Assembly (NCBI GenBank): GCA_038231155.1
Contig: JBBRLY010000013.1
Span: 4,305 to 68,304 of the forward strand
Direction: 5' to 3'
DNA: 64,000 nt
Source of the DNA: Candidatus Saccharimonadales bacterium
GTDB taxonomy: Bacteria > Patescibacteriota > Saccharimonadia > Saccharimonadales > JANWIN01
This document shows, piece by piece, positions 54,810 through 64,000 of the stretch. The notes under the pieces are model-generated. The model worked only from the letters and a program-made list of their open reading frames with translations, was not told where the DNA came from and searched no databases. Within the stretch, counting starts at the first letter, position 1. Each line of letters begins with the position of its first letter. Made by a program: the position numbers and the translations under genes.

Positions 54810-55225
54810 GAATTTTATTAATAGTTACTACCAGCTTAGTTTTTATACTTATTGTTGGAGCTATATTATTAGCAGTTAGAAAACTTAAACTTAGACGCAA
54901 CCAGCCACAACGTTTCCGAGAAAAGTGGCTAAATATCCAACGCTTATGTGCTAGCAAAGAAACTTGGATACTTGCTGTAATTAATGCCGACAAATTATTG
55001 GACAACGCCCTTAAGGAAAAACATATTAAAGGTCGGTCCATGGGTGAAAGGTTGGTTTCAGCACAACGACGGTTTAAGGATAATGACAGCGTTTGGTATG
55101 CCCATAATCTGGCTAAAAAATTATTAAATGATTCAGATTTAAGTATTCGTGAAGCTGAAGCTAAAAAGTCTTTATTGGGTGTGCGACAAGCCCTGGGTGA
55201 CTTAGGTATTCTCTATGATAAGTGA
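54806..55225 (+). CDS. membrane-anchored hypothetical protein inserted between gatA and gatB
   Basis: 139 aa with an N-terminal TM helix. It overlaps gatA by 4 nt and gatB by 11 nt. Confidence 0.5.
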   Translation: MRILLIVTTSLVFILIVGAILLAVRKLKLRRNQPQRFREKWLNIQRLCASKETWILAVINADKLLDNALKEKHIKGRSMGERLVSAQRRFKDNDSVWYAHNLAKKLLNDSDLSIREAEAKKSLLGVRQALGDLGILYDK

Positions 55226-56654
55226 ATCTGTCAGAAAAAAATATAAAACAACCATTGGTATTGAATGTCATGTCCAATTAAAAACGGCTACAAAGTTATT
55301 CTCAGCGGTAAGTAATGATGCTCGTAAAGCTAGTCCGAATACGCTTATTAGTCATATTTGTTTAGGAATGCCTGGAGCCTTGCCGGTACTAAACCAAAAA
55401 GCTGTCGATTTGGCAGTGAAGATGGCCTTTGCTTTAAATACCAAACCTGAGCCATACAGTATTTTTGAACGTAAGCATTATTTTTACCCGGATTTACCGA
55501 AGGGCTATCAAATTAGCCAATTGAGTCAACCGATTATTAAAGGCGGTCATATAACAATAAGCTCCAGCAGCAAACCTATCCAAATTAACCGCGTCCAAAT
55601 TGAAGAAGATGCCGGCAAGAATACTCATCCTGCCGGCAAAGACTACTCTCTGGTCGATTTAAATAGGGCTGGGACTCCGTTACTTGAAATTGTATCTGAA
55701 GCTGACATGCATTCCGCAGAACAAGCTAAGCAATATGTCCGTGAACTTTATTTACTAGTTAAATATGCGGATATTTCTGATGCTGATTTATATCACGGTA
55801 ATATGCGGTTTGATGTTAATGTAAGCGTTAGCCAAAATTTAAAATTGGGAATTCGAACTGAAACTAAAAACCTAAATTCTTTTAAAACTGTTGAAAAAGC
55901 CGCCCAATATGAAATTGATCGACAAATCGAACAACTTGAAAAAGGTCAAAAAATTGTTCAAGAAACTCGTGGCTGGGATGAGGCTAAACAAAAAACACTT
56001 AGCCAGCGTGGTAAAGAAGAAGCCCATGACTATCGTTATATGCCTGAACCAGATTTACCGCCGATTGAGCTGAACGTCAAATATGTAGAAGATATAAAAA
56101 AATCGATGTTAATGATGCCGTCTGAATTAAGAGTAAAATTCGAAAACATCGGTTTAAATAAGTCAGCGGTCGAAACTTTGATAGCTATTCCAAGTAATGC
56201 CTTACTAATAAACGATATTATGTCTCGGTTCGGAAAAACACACGCCAAACGGATCGCTAATTGGTTTGTTAACTCGTTAGATACTGAATCTGAAGAAACA
56301 ATAGAGGCAAGTCTAAAGCCAATCGACCCTGCTTCGACAATTCAGTTATCTAAAATGGTAGAAACTAGTGAAGTAAGTTCCACGGCTGCTAAACAAATTT
56401 GGTCGTATTTACTTAAGGGTGGGGATGATCCGCTTAAAATTGCCAAAGAGCAAAATTTGATACAAGTTTCTGACGAAACTGAGATTAGCAAACTGGTTGA
56501 AAAAGTGATTAAAGAGAATTATCAAGCAGCTCAAGATGTAAAAAACGGCCTAGCTAAAGCCATCGGCTTTTTAGTTGGACAAGTAATGAAACAGAGCCAT
56601 GGTAAAGCTAACCCACAAATCGTTCAAGACATGATACGTCAAAAACTTAATTAG
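55215..56654 (+). CDS. gatB: Asp/Glu-tRNA amidotransferase subunit B
   Basis: IGIECHVQL, YFYPDLPKGYQISQ, and a C-terminal YqeY-like tail. Confidence 0.92.
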   Translation: MISESVRKKYKTTIGIECHVQLKTATKLFSAVSNDARKASPNTLISHICLGMPGALPVLNQKAVDLAVKMAFALNTKPEPYSIFERKHYFYPDLPKGYQISQLSQPIIKGGHITISSSSKPIQINRVQIEEDAGKNTHPAGKDYSLVDLNRAGTPLLEIVSEADMHSAEQAKQYVRELYLLVKYADISDADLYHGNMRFDVNVSVSQNLKLGIRTETKNLNSFKTVEKAAQYEIDRQIEQLEKGQKIVQETRGWDEAKQKTLSQRGKEEAHDYRYMPEPDLPPIELNVKYVEDIKKSMLMMPSELRVKFENIGLNKSAVETLIAIPSNALLINDIMSRFGKTHAKRIANWFVNSLDTESEETIEASLKPIDPASTIQLSKMVETSEVSSTAAKQIWSYLLKGGDDPLKIAKEQNLIQVSDETEISKLVEKVIKENYQAAQDVKNGLAKAIGFLVGQVMKQSHGKANPQIVQDMIRQKLN

Positions 56655-56660
56655 ATTTGC

Positions 56661-56668
56661 TGTATAAT
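56661..56668 (+). promoter_or_regulatory. extended -10 TGTATAAT, 6 nt before an ATG
   Basis: Sits inside the track's TTG-started ORF. It implies a leaderless start at 56675. Confidence 0.4.
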
Positions 56669-56674
56669 AGACCT

Positions 56675-56941
56675 ATGAGTACTGCAGAGAGTGTATTGTT
56701 AATTATTTTATCGTCGTTCTTGGCGATATTTTTAATTTTGACCATTGTAGTTTTATACAAAACTATCCAGATCATTAATCATATAAAACAAATAACCCAA
56801 AAAGCTGAAAGATTAACTGATCAAGCTCAGCATGTTGGCGAGTTCTTTCAAAAAACTGGTTCTGCATCGGCCGTCGTTAAATTAATATCCAATATTGTTG
56901 GTGTGTTTAGAGATCGTAATAGTAAAAAAGGAGGTGACTAA
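56675..56941 (+). CDS. DUF948-like small membrane stress protein
   Basis: N-terminal TM helix plus a coiled segment. Adjacency to a YtxH-like gene mirrors the Bacillus ytxGH arrangement. Confidence 0.45.
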   Translation: MSTAESVLLIILSSFLAIFLILTIVVLYKTIQIINHIKQITQKAERLTDQAQHVGEFFQKTGSASAVVKLISNIVGVFRDRNSKKGGD

Positions 56942-56942
56942 A

Positions 56943-57359
56943 ATGAAAGATAAGACCAAAAAAATTGCCTTTGGCGCTATCATTGCCGCCATCGCTGGCT
57001 ATATTGCGGGACTATTAACTGCTCCGAAAAGCGGTAAAGAGACTAGAAAAGATATAAGTGATAAAGCCATAAAAACAAAAACTGAGGCCGAAAAAACACT
57101 AAAACATCTTCATAGTGAATTAGACAGTTTATTAAATAAAGCGACCACAGAATTAAAACAAATGAAATCCAATGCCAGCAAAGAGTTTATCGCAAGCGTG
57201 GCTAGCGCAAAGCTATCTAAAGAAAAAGCTCGCGAAATTTTATCAGCCTTACACGACGGTGATGCCGATGACAAGGATTTACAAAAGGCCGTAGATCAAG
57301 TCAAGAAATCTTTAGATAGTCTGAAAAAGTATTTAGCTAAAGATAAACCGACATCCTAA
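56943..57359 (+). CDS. YtxH-domain general stress protein
   Basis: GGAGGTG SD. AFGAIIAAIAGYIAGLLTAPKSGKETRKD is the YtxH signature. Confidence 0.7.
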   Translation: MKDKTKKIAFGAIIAAIAGYIAGLLTAPKSGKETRKDISDKAIKTKTEAEKTLKHLHSELDSLLNKATTELKQMKSNASKEFIASVASAKLSKEKAREILSALHDGDADDKDLQKAVDQVKKSLDSLKKYLAKDKPTS

Positions 57360-57433
57360 GAACAAAAAACTAAAATCTTAATTATTAAATCTGCTAGATA
57401 ATCAATTAATATATGATTTGTTAATGGGGAATA

Positions 57434-60400
57434 ATGGCTAAATCAAAATTAAAGCCAAGTAGTTTTGTACATCTGCATAATCATACGCAGTACAGTTTGC
57501 TTGATGGCTTAACGAAAATACCAGCTATGGTCCAAACCGTCCAAAAAATGGGCATGGAGTCGATAGCTGTTACCGACCATGGCACTTTATCTGGAACTAT
57601 TGAATTTTATAAAGCGGCTAAGGGAACCGGAATAAAGCCAATAATTGGTATTGAAGCTTATGTAGCTCCAAGGTCTCATACCGACAAAGACCCGGCTAAA
57701 GACAAAAATCCATTTCATTTAACACTATTGGCAATGAATAACCAGGGTTATCAAAACTTAATGAAGTTGTCTACAGTCGCTAATTTAGAAGGTTTTTATT
57801 ACCGGCCTAGAATCGATCATGAATTACTCCAAAAATATAGTGACGGATTAATTGTTTTAAGTGGCTGCATTGGCGGCGAAGTAAGTGATGCACTGAGGCA
57901 AAATCAATACAAACAAGCTTTGGATATTGCTAAGTGGTATAGGTCTGTATTTAAGGATCGTTACTACCTTGAAATACAAGATCATGGTCATCCAGAACAT
58001 TCCAGTATGTGGCAGGAACAAGTTCTGGTTACTGAACAAACATTCAAATTGTCTAAAGAGCTAAATATACCATGTGTTGTAACTTGTGATGCTCACTACT
58101 TAAACCATTCCGATCAAGAAGCACATGAAATCTTACTTTGCGTCCAGACTGGTTCTTTTCTAAATGATTCGAATCGACTAACTTTAAAAGACTTTGAACT
58201 GCATATTACCGACCCACTACAAGTTATTAAACGCTGGGGAAAAGACTATCCCGAAGTAATAACAAATACAAAAAAAATTGCCGATCTTTGTAATGTAGAT
58301 ATCGAGTTAGGTAAAATTTTAATCCCCAAATTCAAAGTTCCAAGAGGAGCAACTGAAAAGAGCCATTTGAGAACTTTAGTTTACCAAGGATTGGCTTGGC
58401 GTTATGTCGGGATTGATGAAAAACAGATAGCAGTTTTAAAAGAAGATGAAGCAAAGCAGAAGTTAAGTACAGAAATTATTGTTCGAGCTGAGTATGAACT
58501 AAATGTTATAAATGAAATGCGATTCAATGCTTTTTTCTTAATAATTGCCGACTTTATTAATTGGGGTAAAGATAGGGGAATTGTTTTCGGACCAGGACGT
58601 GGCAGTGCGGCTAGCTCAATAATCTCCTATGCTTTAAGAATTACCGAGCTCGACCCTTTGAAATACGACTTGTTGTTTGAACGTTTCTTAAATCCTGATC
58701 GAATCAGTATGCCTGATTTTGATATAGATATCCAAGACTCTCATCGTGATCAAGTTATCCAGTACTGTGTTGAAAAATATAGTAAGGAGCGCGTGGCTAA
58801 CATAGTAACTTTTGGACGGATGGCTGCCCGTAACGCTGTACGTGATGTTGCTAGAGTTTTACAGGTTCCATATGCCGAAGCCGACAGGTATGCCAAATTG
58901 ATTCCCCCACCAATTCAAGGACGTCATATTCCATTGCAGAAATCTTTACTTGACAATTCAGAGCTGAAATCTGCTTACCGGGAAAATGAACAGTCTAAGC
59001 GGGTATTTGATTTAGCTATTCAACTGGAAGGGACGATTCGCTCACATGGAGTGCATGCAGCCGGAGTAGTAATTGCACCAGAAGATATCGTAAACTACGC
59101 ACCTTTAGAAATGGCCCAAAAAGGTGTCATTGCTACGCAATATTCTATGGGGCCAATTGAAGACATCGGTCTTCTTAAAATAGACTTCTTAGGCTTATCT
59201 AACCTCACTATTATTAAAAACACTCTTCGTATAATTAAAAGGGTAAATCAAAAAGAAATTAATATTAACGCTATACCACTGGACGACACTCAAACATTTG
59301 AACTATTGCAAAAAGGCGATACTACAGGCGTTTTCCAATTTGAATCAGCCGGCATGAAAAGATACCTTAAACAACTTAAACCGACGATATTTGATGACAT
59401 TATTGCCATGGTAGCTTTATATAGACCGGGGCCAATGCAGTGGATAGACGATTTTATCGCCCGTAAACACGGTCAAAAGAAGATTAGTTATATTCATGAC
59501 GCCATGCAACCGGCGTTAAAAAATACTTATGGGATAATTGTATACCAAGAACAGGTCATGCAAATTAGTAAAGAAATGTGTGGCTTTAGTGGTGGGCAGG
59601 CTGACACATTAAGAAAGGCAATTGGTAAAAAAGATCCCGAAGTGTTGGCCAAACTTAAAAACGATTTCATTGAAGGCGCCATAAAAAAAGTTGGTGCTGA
59701 CCGACATCTAATGGAGAAATTCTGGAGTCAGTTAGAAGACTTTGCAGCTTATTGTTTTAACAAGGCTCACGCGGCGTGTTACGGTATGATCGCCTATCAA
59801 ACGGCTTATCTAAAGGCTCATTTTCCGGATGCTTTTATGGCTGCATTAATGACCAGTGACTTTGATAACACCGATCGGTTAGCCATAGAAATCAATGAGT
59901 GTGAACATATGGACATTGGGGTACTACCTCCAGACGTTAATGAATCTTTTTTGGAATTTGCAGTTGTGCCAAACCAAAATAAAATTCGTTTTGGATTAGC
60001 AGCAGTAAAAAACGTTGGTAGTGCTGCTGTTGAGGAAATACTTAGGATACGCGAACGGCAAGGACAGTTTAAAAATCTTGAAAGTTTTTTTAGCCAAGTT
60101 AATTCCAGAGTTGTTAACCGTAAAGCAATTGAGGCCTTAATTAAAGCTGGTGCTTTTGATAGTTTCTTAGACAGAAGTCAATTAATTAATAGTTTGGATA
60201 ATTTAATGGCATTTGCCAGTCGTACCCAAAAGCAATTGGATAGTGGTCAGACGGACTTATTTGGTGGCATTGGTGACACTGAAGAGTCGATCATACCTCA
60301 ACTAGTTTTAAATAAAGATGGGCCGGTCTATAATCAAAATCAAAGGCTGCAATGGGAACGTGAATTACTTGGTATTTATTTATCGCAGCATCCTCTTGAA

Positions 60401-60997
60401 AACTATAAGGAATTATTAGCAAAGCAATCAGTACCGCTGGTGTCACTTAAAGACCAAACTGAAGGCCGTCTAGTAACTGTTGGCGGTGTTATTTCAAGTG
60501 TTAGAGAGATTACCACAAAAAACGGGCAGCGCATGGCATTTGTAAGATTGGCCGACACAACCGGTGACATTGAGCTAGTACTATTTCCAAACGCTTATCA
60601 AGAAGATACCGACGTTTGGCAGCGCGACAAAATCATTATCGCCAAAGGTAAAACCAGCAGTCGTGGACAAAATGGAACAACTGATGAAATTAAAGTAATT
60701 GTTGACTCCGCGACTGAATTAAATCCTGAGCTTATCCAAAGTAAAGAAGCAATTAAAGATGGGCAGGATACAGTTAAGCGTGTTTATATAAGGCTAACTA
60801 GTAGCGAGGACCAAGCTACGCTTATGTCTATCAAACGAATCGTCGATGGCCATACCGGACAAACTGATGTGGTGCTAGTAATTGGCGATAATCAAAATCA
60901 AAAAGCTATTAAATTACCTAACAGAATTAGTAATAATACTCAAACTTTAAAACAACTTGAAACACTAGTTGGCCAAGAAAACGTTAAATTGAACTAA
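57434..60997 (+). CDS. dnaE: DNA polymerase III alpha subunit
   Basis: 1187 aa. PHP domain FVHLHNHTQYSLLDG, PDFDIDI, and a C-terminal OB fold. Confidence 0.95.
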   Translation: MAKSKLKPSSFVHLHNHTQYSLLDGLTKIPAMVQTVQKMGMESIAVTDHGTLSGTIEFYKAAKGTGIKPIIGIEAYVAPRSHTDKDPAKDKNPFHLTLLAMNNQGYQNLMKLSTVANLEGFYYRPRIDHELLQKYSDGLIVLSGCIGGEVSDALRQNQYKQALDIAKWYRSVFKDRYYLEIQDHGHPEHSSMWQEQVLVTEQTFKLSKELNIPCVVTCDAHYLNHSDQEAHEILLCVQTGSFLNDSNRLTLKDFELHITDPLQVIKRWGKDYPEVITNTKKIADLCNVDIELGKILIPKFKVPRGATEKSHLRTLVYQGLAWRYVGIDEKQIAVLKEDEAKQKLSTEIIVRAEYELNVINEMRFNAFFLIIADFINWGKDRGIVFGPGRGSAASSIISYALRITELDPLKYDLLFERFLNPDRISMPDFDIDIQDSHRDQVIQYCVEKYSKERVANIVTFGRMAARNAVRDVARVLQVPYAEADRYAKLIPPPIQGRHIPLQKSLLDNSELKSAYRENEQSKRVFDLAIQLEGTIRSHGVHAAGVVIAPEDIVNYAPLEMAQKGVIATQYSMGPIEDIGLLKIDFLGLSNLTIIKNTLRIIKRVNQKEININAIPLDDTQTFELLQKGDTTGVFQFESAGMKRYLKQLKPTIFDDIIAMVALYRPGPMQWIDDFIARKHGQKKISYIHDAMQPALKNTYGIIVYQEQVMQISKEMCGFSGGQADTLRKAIGKKDPEVLAKLKNDFIEGAIKKVGADRHLMEKFWSQLEDFAAYCFNKAHAACYGMIAYQTAYLKAHFPDAFMAALMTSDFDNTDRLAIEINECEHMDIGVLPPDVNESFLEFAVVPNQNKIRFGLAAVKNVGSAAVEEILRIRERQGQFKNLESFFSQVNSRVVNRKAIEALIKAGAFDSFLDRSQLINSLDNLMAFASRTQKQLDSGQTDLFGGIGDTEESIIPQLVLNKDGPVYNQNQRLQWERELLGIYLSQHPLENYKELLAKQSVPLVSLKDQTEGRLVTVGGVISSVREITTKNGQRMAFVRLADTTGDIELVLFPNAYQEDTDVWQRDKIIIAKGKTSSRGQNGTTDEIKVIVDSATELNPELIQSKEAIKDGQDTVKRVYIRLTSSEDQATLMSIKRIVDGHTGQTDVVLVIGDNQNQKAIKLPNRISNNTQTLKQLETLVGQENVKLN

Positions 60998-61000
60998 AGT

Positions 61001-61945
61001 TTATTTTACGTATCCAGCAGCTTGGCTGACTATAACGCATAGCCCAATCAAACTGATTAGCGTGATGTCAAACAAAAAATGGTGTAGTACGTAGCGTTCA
61101 CCTTTGGTTAGCCATTTACGGATAGCTAGGGCATGGCGTGTTGCTAGCGCAATTATTGAAAGTAGCAGAGTGATTGAAACAATAGATGCAACCAAAGATA
61201 TTGGATAATGAGTTAAGGCGGCAGCTAGAGATATGGCTTTAGTGGTTGGCTCAACTACTGGAGCAGATGCGGACGATGAATTTGGCTGTATGTCAGATTT
61301 AGTTTGAGGTGGTGAGGTACTCTGATTTGAACTATTTGATGATGTAGCTATAGCTGCGTCAGAATGAAGTGGTGCCCCGTACATAGCAACTACAATCGTT
61401 TCCGGTCCGCTATTTTGATAATTACTTGAACTTGCAATACCAAACCCTACGTCAACAAATCCCGCATTGAGTAAATTAGCTTTATGCGGCGGGCTATTCA
61501 TCCATCCAGTCACAGTATCGTTACTTGTTGCAAAACCATAGGCTAAATTCTCTCCGGCAGTTTTATAATCATAACCCGCTTGGGTAATAAAAACCCAAGG
61601 TGGGTTGCCCTCAGGTGTATTATGCGACCAATAATTTCGGTTGGCCATATCTTTGGCCTTGGCCTGAGCCGATTGATTTAGTAATGCATTAAGTGAAAGA
61701 GCTGCCACACCATTGGCCGTTCTGTTTTGATTTGTAGACTGGAGCAGACCGTTGATGCTAGTTGATGTAGCATAAGCCAGAACGTTCTTGTTAAGTCGTG
61801 GTTGCCAAAGAACGCTAACCATTAAACCAATGCTTATAATCACAGCCAGTGGCATGTAAGGCCAATAGACTTTTAAAAAGGGCCTGGTATGCTTTTGGTG
61901 TTTGCCGTATCTTTTGTGTTGGTGAGTTGCCGCTCCGGCAGCCAT
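61001..61945 (-). CDS. membrane protein with extracytoplasmic CAP/SCP (PR-1-like) domain
   Basis: N-terminal TM helix. YWSHNTP, GENLAYG, GWMNSPPHKANLL. Ser-rich linker and C-terminal TM helices. Confidence 0.7.
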   Translation of the reverse strand: MAAGAATHQHKRYGKHQKHTRPFLKVYWPYMPLAVIISIGLMVSVLWQPRLNKNVLAYATSTSINGLLQSTNQNRTANGVAALSLNALLNQSAQAKAKDMANRNYWSHNTPEGNPPWVFITQAGYDYKTAGENLAYGFATSNDTVTGWMNSPPHKANLLNAGFVDVGFGIASSSNYQNSGPETIVVAMYGAPLHSDAAIATSSNSSNQSTSPPQTKSDIQPNSSSASAPVVEPTTKAISLAAALTHYPISLVASIVSITLLLSIIALATRHALAIRKWLTKGERYVLHHFLFDITLISLIGLCVIVSQAAGYVK

Positions 61946-62034
61946 AATTGCTTAATTATAAACTAACACTAAGCTTATGGCTATGGTTATCGTATACTTA
62001 AAAACTAAAGTCTTTAGTTTTGCCCGTTATTAAC

Positions 62035-62529
62035 TTAAGAAAATCGAATATTATATAAGGCTATGGCCGAGGCTACACTAACGTTAAAAGATTCCTTGAC
62101 ACCAAGCATTGGTATTTGCAGACATAGATCTACGGCTTTAACAATGCTTGAATCCAAACCTTCAACTTCATTACCGACAATTAGTGCTATTTTTTGAGTC
62201 GGATTAAAATCTACTAAACTAACTGATTGTGCTGTTTGCTCTAAAGCAACTATCTTGAACTTTAAACTTTTTAATTTTCCAATAACACTTAATACATCTG
62301 AACTGTGGTGAATTCTGAGTACTTTTTCAGCTCCCAAGGCCGTTTTAGCAATCTGGGCATTGAGTTTATTAGCCAAATGTGGCAAGCGTTTATCTCCTGG
62401 TAAATGCGGGTAAGGCGTATACCCAGTAAGGTATATACTGCTTACACCTAATCCATCGGCAGTTCGAAGCAACGAGCCGACATTATGAGCACTGCGTATA
62501 TTATGAGCAACTAATACAATGTTAACCAT
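62035..62529 (-). CDS. TrmH/SpoU-family RNA 2'-O-methyltransferase
   Basis: HNVGSLLRTADGLGV, LIVGNEVEGL, IPMLGVKESFNVSVA. Confidence 0.8.
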   Translation of the reverse strand: MVNIVLVAHNIRSAHNVGSLLRTADGLGVSSIYLTGYTPYPHLPGDKRLPHLANKLNAQIAKTALGAEKVLRIHHSSDVLSVIGKLKSLKFKIVALEQTAQSVSLVDFNPTQKIALIVGNEVEGLDSSIVKAVDLCLQIPMLGVKESFNVSVASAIALYNIRFS

Positions 62530-62637
62530 ATTTTTAAAGATATAACCTTCTTTATTTACAATATACTAACACCTTTTCTTTTTTAGCATTGACTTAAAAT
62601 AATATAAGATTTAAACGCTAGCATTTATAATGTACTT

Positions 62638-64000
62638 ATGTCTCAAGACGCCCGTTTAGATGAGGAACGCTCAACAGCCAGGCGAGCCCAGATTTTAGCT
62701 CTAACTTATATTGATACTTCGCAGATATCCGATAAGCGTATATTTAGTCAAATTCTTAGCATTGCTGAACTATATCAATTGCGGGTAATACCGATTAATG
62801 TCGATCCGCATAATATTACTTTTGGAATAACAAACACTACCTCGCAGCAAACAATGAATAATTTACGTCAACGTTTTGCTGACCAACAAATTAACTTCGC
62901 ACTGATCTCAGATACCGGCTTTCGTGATTATATGCATCTTTATGATCCTCCAAAACAAGTTGTATACCAAGATATAAACGTAAATAACGCCGGAAATCAA
63001 GATTTAGTAAAACAAGTATCCCTAACCTTGGAACAAGTTAGAGCCGATGACATGCTGGCTTATCTTGTACGTCAAGCACATCGCTTAAAAGCTTCAGATA
63101 TCCATTTAGAAAACCAACGAGATTTAGTCAGGATCCGTTTTAGAATCGATGGTGTTTTGCACCCCGTCGTTAATTTAAGCCGGCAAAAAAGCCATATTCT
63201 AATTTCTGCTATTGCCAGTGCTGGGAACGTTTCAACGTCGGCCAATGATGCTCAGCAGGGTCATATCGCTCAAAAAGTTCGAATGGCTGATGGAGCCGAG
63301 GTGGATGTAAACTTGCGAGTTGAAACTGCACCAGCCATAAACGGTATGGACATCGTAATGCGCTTGTTTAACCTGGATAAAAGTATGTTTACACTTGATA
63401 GGTTGGGATTATCGGCAAAAGAACGACAAGTTGTTGAAGCTATTATTAATAAGCCTAGCGGCTTATTGCTGGCTGTTGGACCAACCGGTTCAGGTAAAAC
63501 CACCACCTTATATTCAATTCTCAATTCACTAAATACCGAGGAACGTAAAATTATTACTATAGAAGACCCGGTCGAGTACCAGTTCGACGGCATTACTCAG
63601 ATTTCAGTAACCTCTAAAACTAGTAGCGAGACTAACTTTGCCGATAAATTAAGAGCCGTGCTTCGATTAGATCCGGATGTAGTTATGGTAGGCGAGATTC
63701 GAGATATGGATACCGCTAAGACGGCTCTACAGTCCTCGCTAACTGGACACTTGGTCTTATCTACCTTCCACGCCAGTTCGGCATCGGCAGCCTTAACCAG
63801 GCTAATGGATATAATAGGTGAAAATCCTTTATTTATTTCAGCTATACGCTTAATTATGGCTCAACGATTAATCCGTAAACTTGACGATAAAATTAAGCAA
63901 CCTTACCGGCCTGATGAAAAAACTACTACTCGCATTAAACAAATTATTGAATCTTTGCCAAGCGGAGTTGAAAGGCCCAATTTAGATAACCTGACGCTCT
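62638..64000 (+). CDS. pilB: type IV pilus assembly ATPase (GspE/PilB family); 3' end beyond the window
   Basis: Absent from the track because it is an edge ORF. My translation shows ASDIHLE, Walker A GPTGSGKTTT, Walker B VVMVGEIRD and His box GHLVLSTFH. TATAAT lies 6 nt before the ATG. Confidence 0.85.
   Translation, partial: MSQDARLDEERSTARRAQILALTYIDTSQISDKRIFSQILSIAELYQLRVIPINVDPHNITFGITNTTSQQTMNNLRQRFADQQINFALISDTGFRDYMHLYDPPKQVVYQDINVNNAGNQDLVKQVSLTLEQVRADDMLAYLVRQAHRLKASDIHLENQRDLVRIRFRIDGVLHPVVNLSRQKSHILISAIASAGNVSTSANDAQQGHIAQKVRMADGAEVDVNLRVETAPAINGMDIVMRLFNLDKSMFTLDRLGLSAKERQVVEAIINKPSGLLLAVGPTGSGKTTTLYSILNSLNTEERKIITIEDPVEYQFDGITQISVTSKTSSETNFADKLRAVLRLDPDVVMVGEIRDMDTAKTALQSSLTGHLVLSTFHASSASAALTRLMDIIGENPLFISAIRLIMAQRLIRKLDDKIKQPYRPDEKTTTRIKQIIESLPSGVERPNLDNLTL

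Noticed and set aside
1-64000. CRISPR arrays, rRNA genes, IS elements or transposases, prophage genes, restriction-modification or toxin-antitoxin pairs, and alternative genetic code (UGA recoding as in some CPR lineages).
   Set aside because: I saw no regularly spaced direct repeats, no rRNA-like conserved stretches, and no transposase, integrase or capsid-like ORFs. Long conserved genes (dnaE, pheT, uvrB, gatB) read through intact with UGA, UAA and UAG as stops, so the standard code 11 fits.

Overview
This is a 64-kb bacterial window. It is moderately AT-rich by eye, and all long ORFs are intact under the standard code. The gene content includes a split transketolase, a compact non-oxidative pentose-phosphate/lower-glycolysis operon, gatCAB, a type IV pilus ATPase, many membrane-anchored secreted proteins and very few biosynthetic genes. 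I would expect this from a reduced-genome Patescibacteria/CPR organism, probably Saccharibacteria-like, but that is inference because no search was run.

The window has two halves. (1) About 1-21.4 kb looks accessory. It is mostly minus-strand and carries secreted hydrolases, two ArsR modules, an orphan purM-like operon, an ABC-2 exporter, small SnoaL/VOC-type genes, an msrA/CcdA-thioredoxin redox operon, secreted proteins, a pilin-like gene and purC, and it ends at tRNA-Gln(CUG). (2) About 21.4-64 kb is core: sodC, rarA, a Fur-family/zupT pair, rmuC, VKOR, pheST, trxB, ppa, gap-rpiB-rpe-tkt-fba, uvrB, gatCAB, dnaE and pilB.

The most interesting signal is a 25-nt motif (consensus about TGGCTGAGCAYSCCGGTCTAGAACC). 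It occurs seven times in one orientation between 11.2 and 20.3 kb and splits the accessory array into cassette-like units. A 26-nt duplicate of the tRNA-Gln 3' end lies 2.25 kb from the tRNA.

Other notable items are:
- a twice-frameshifted dihydroorotate-dehydrogenase-like pseudogene;
- a leaderless Cu/Zn SOD coupled to a His-bearing mini membrane protein;
- a LOG-family gene at the end of the pentose-phosphate operon;
- a Gly/Ala repeat protein;
- a membrane protein wedged inside gatCAB;
- a 680-bp structured non-coding gap;
- a recurrent -10 box placed 6-10 nt before ATG, which suggests leaderless mRNAs.

The supplied track omits two ORFs that run off the window edges (1..2193 minus, 62638..64000 plus). 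I translated both by hand.
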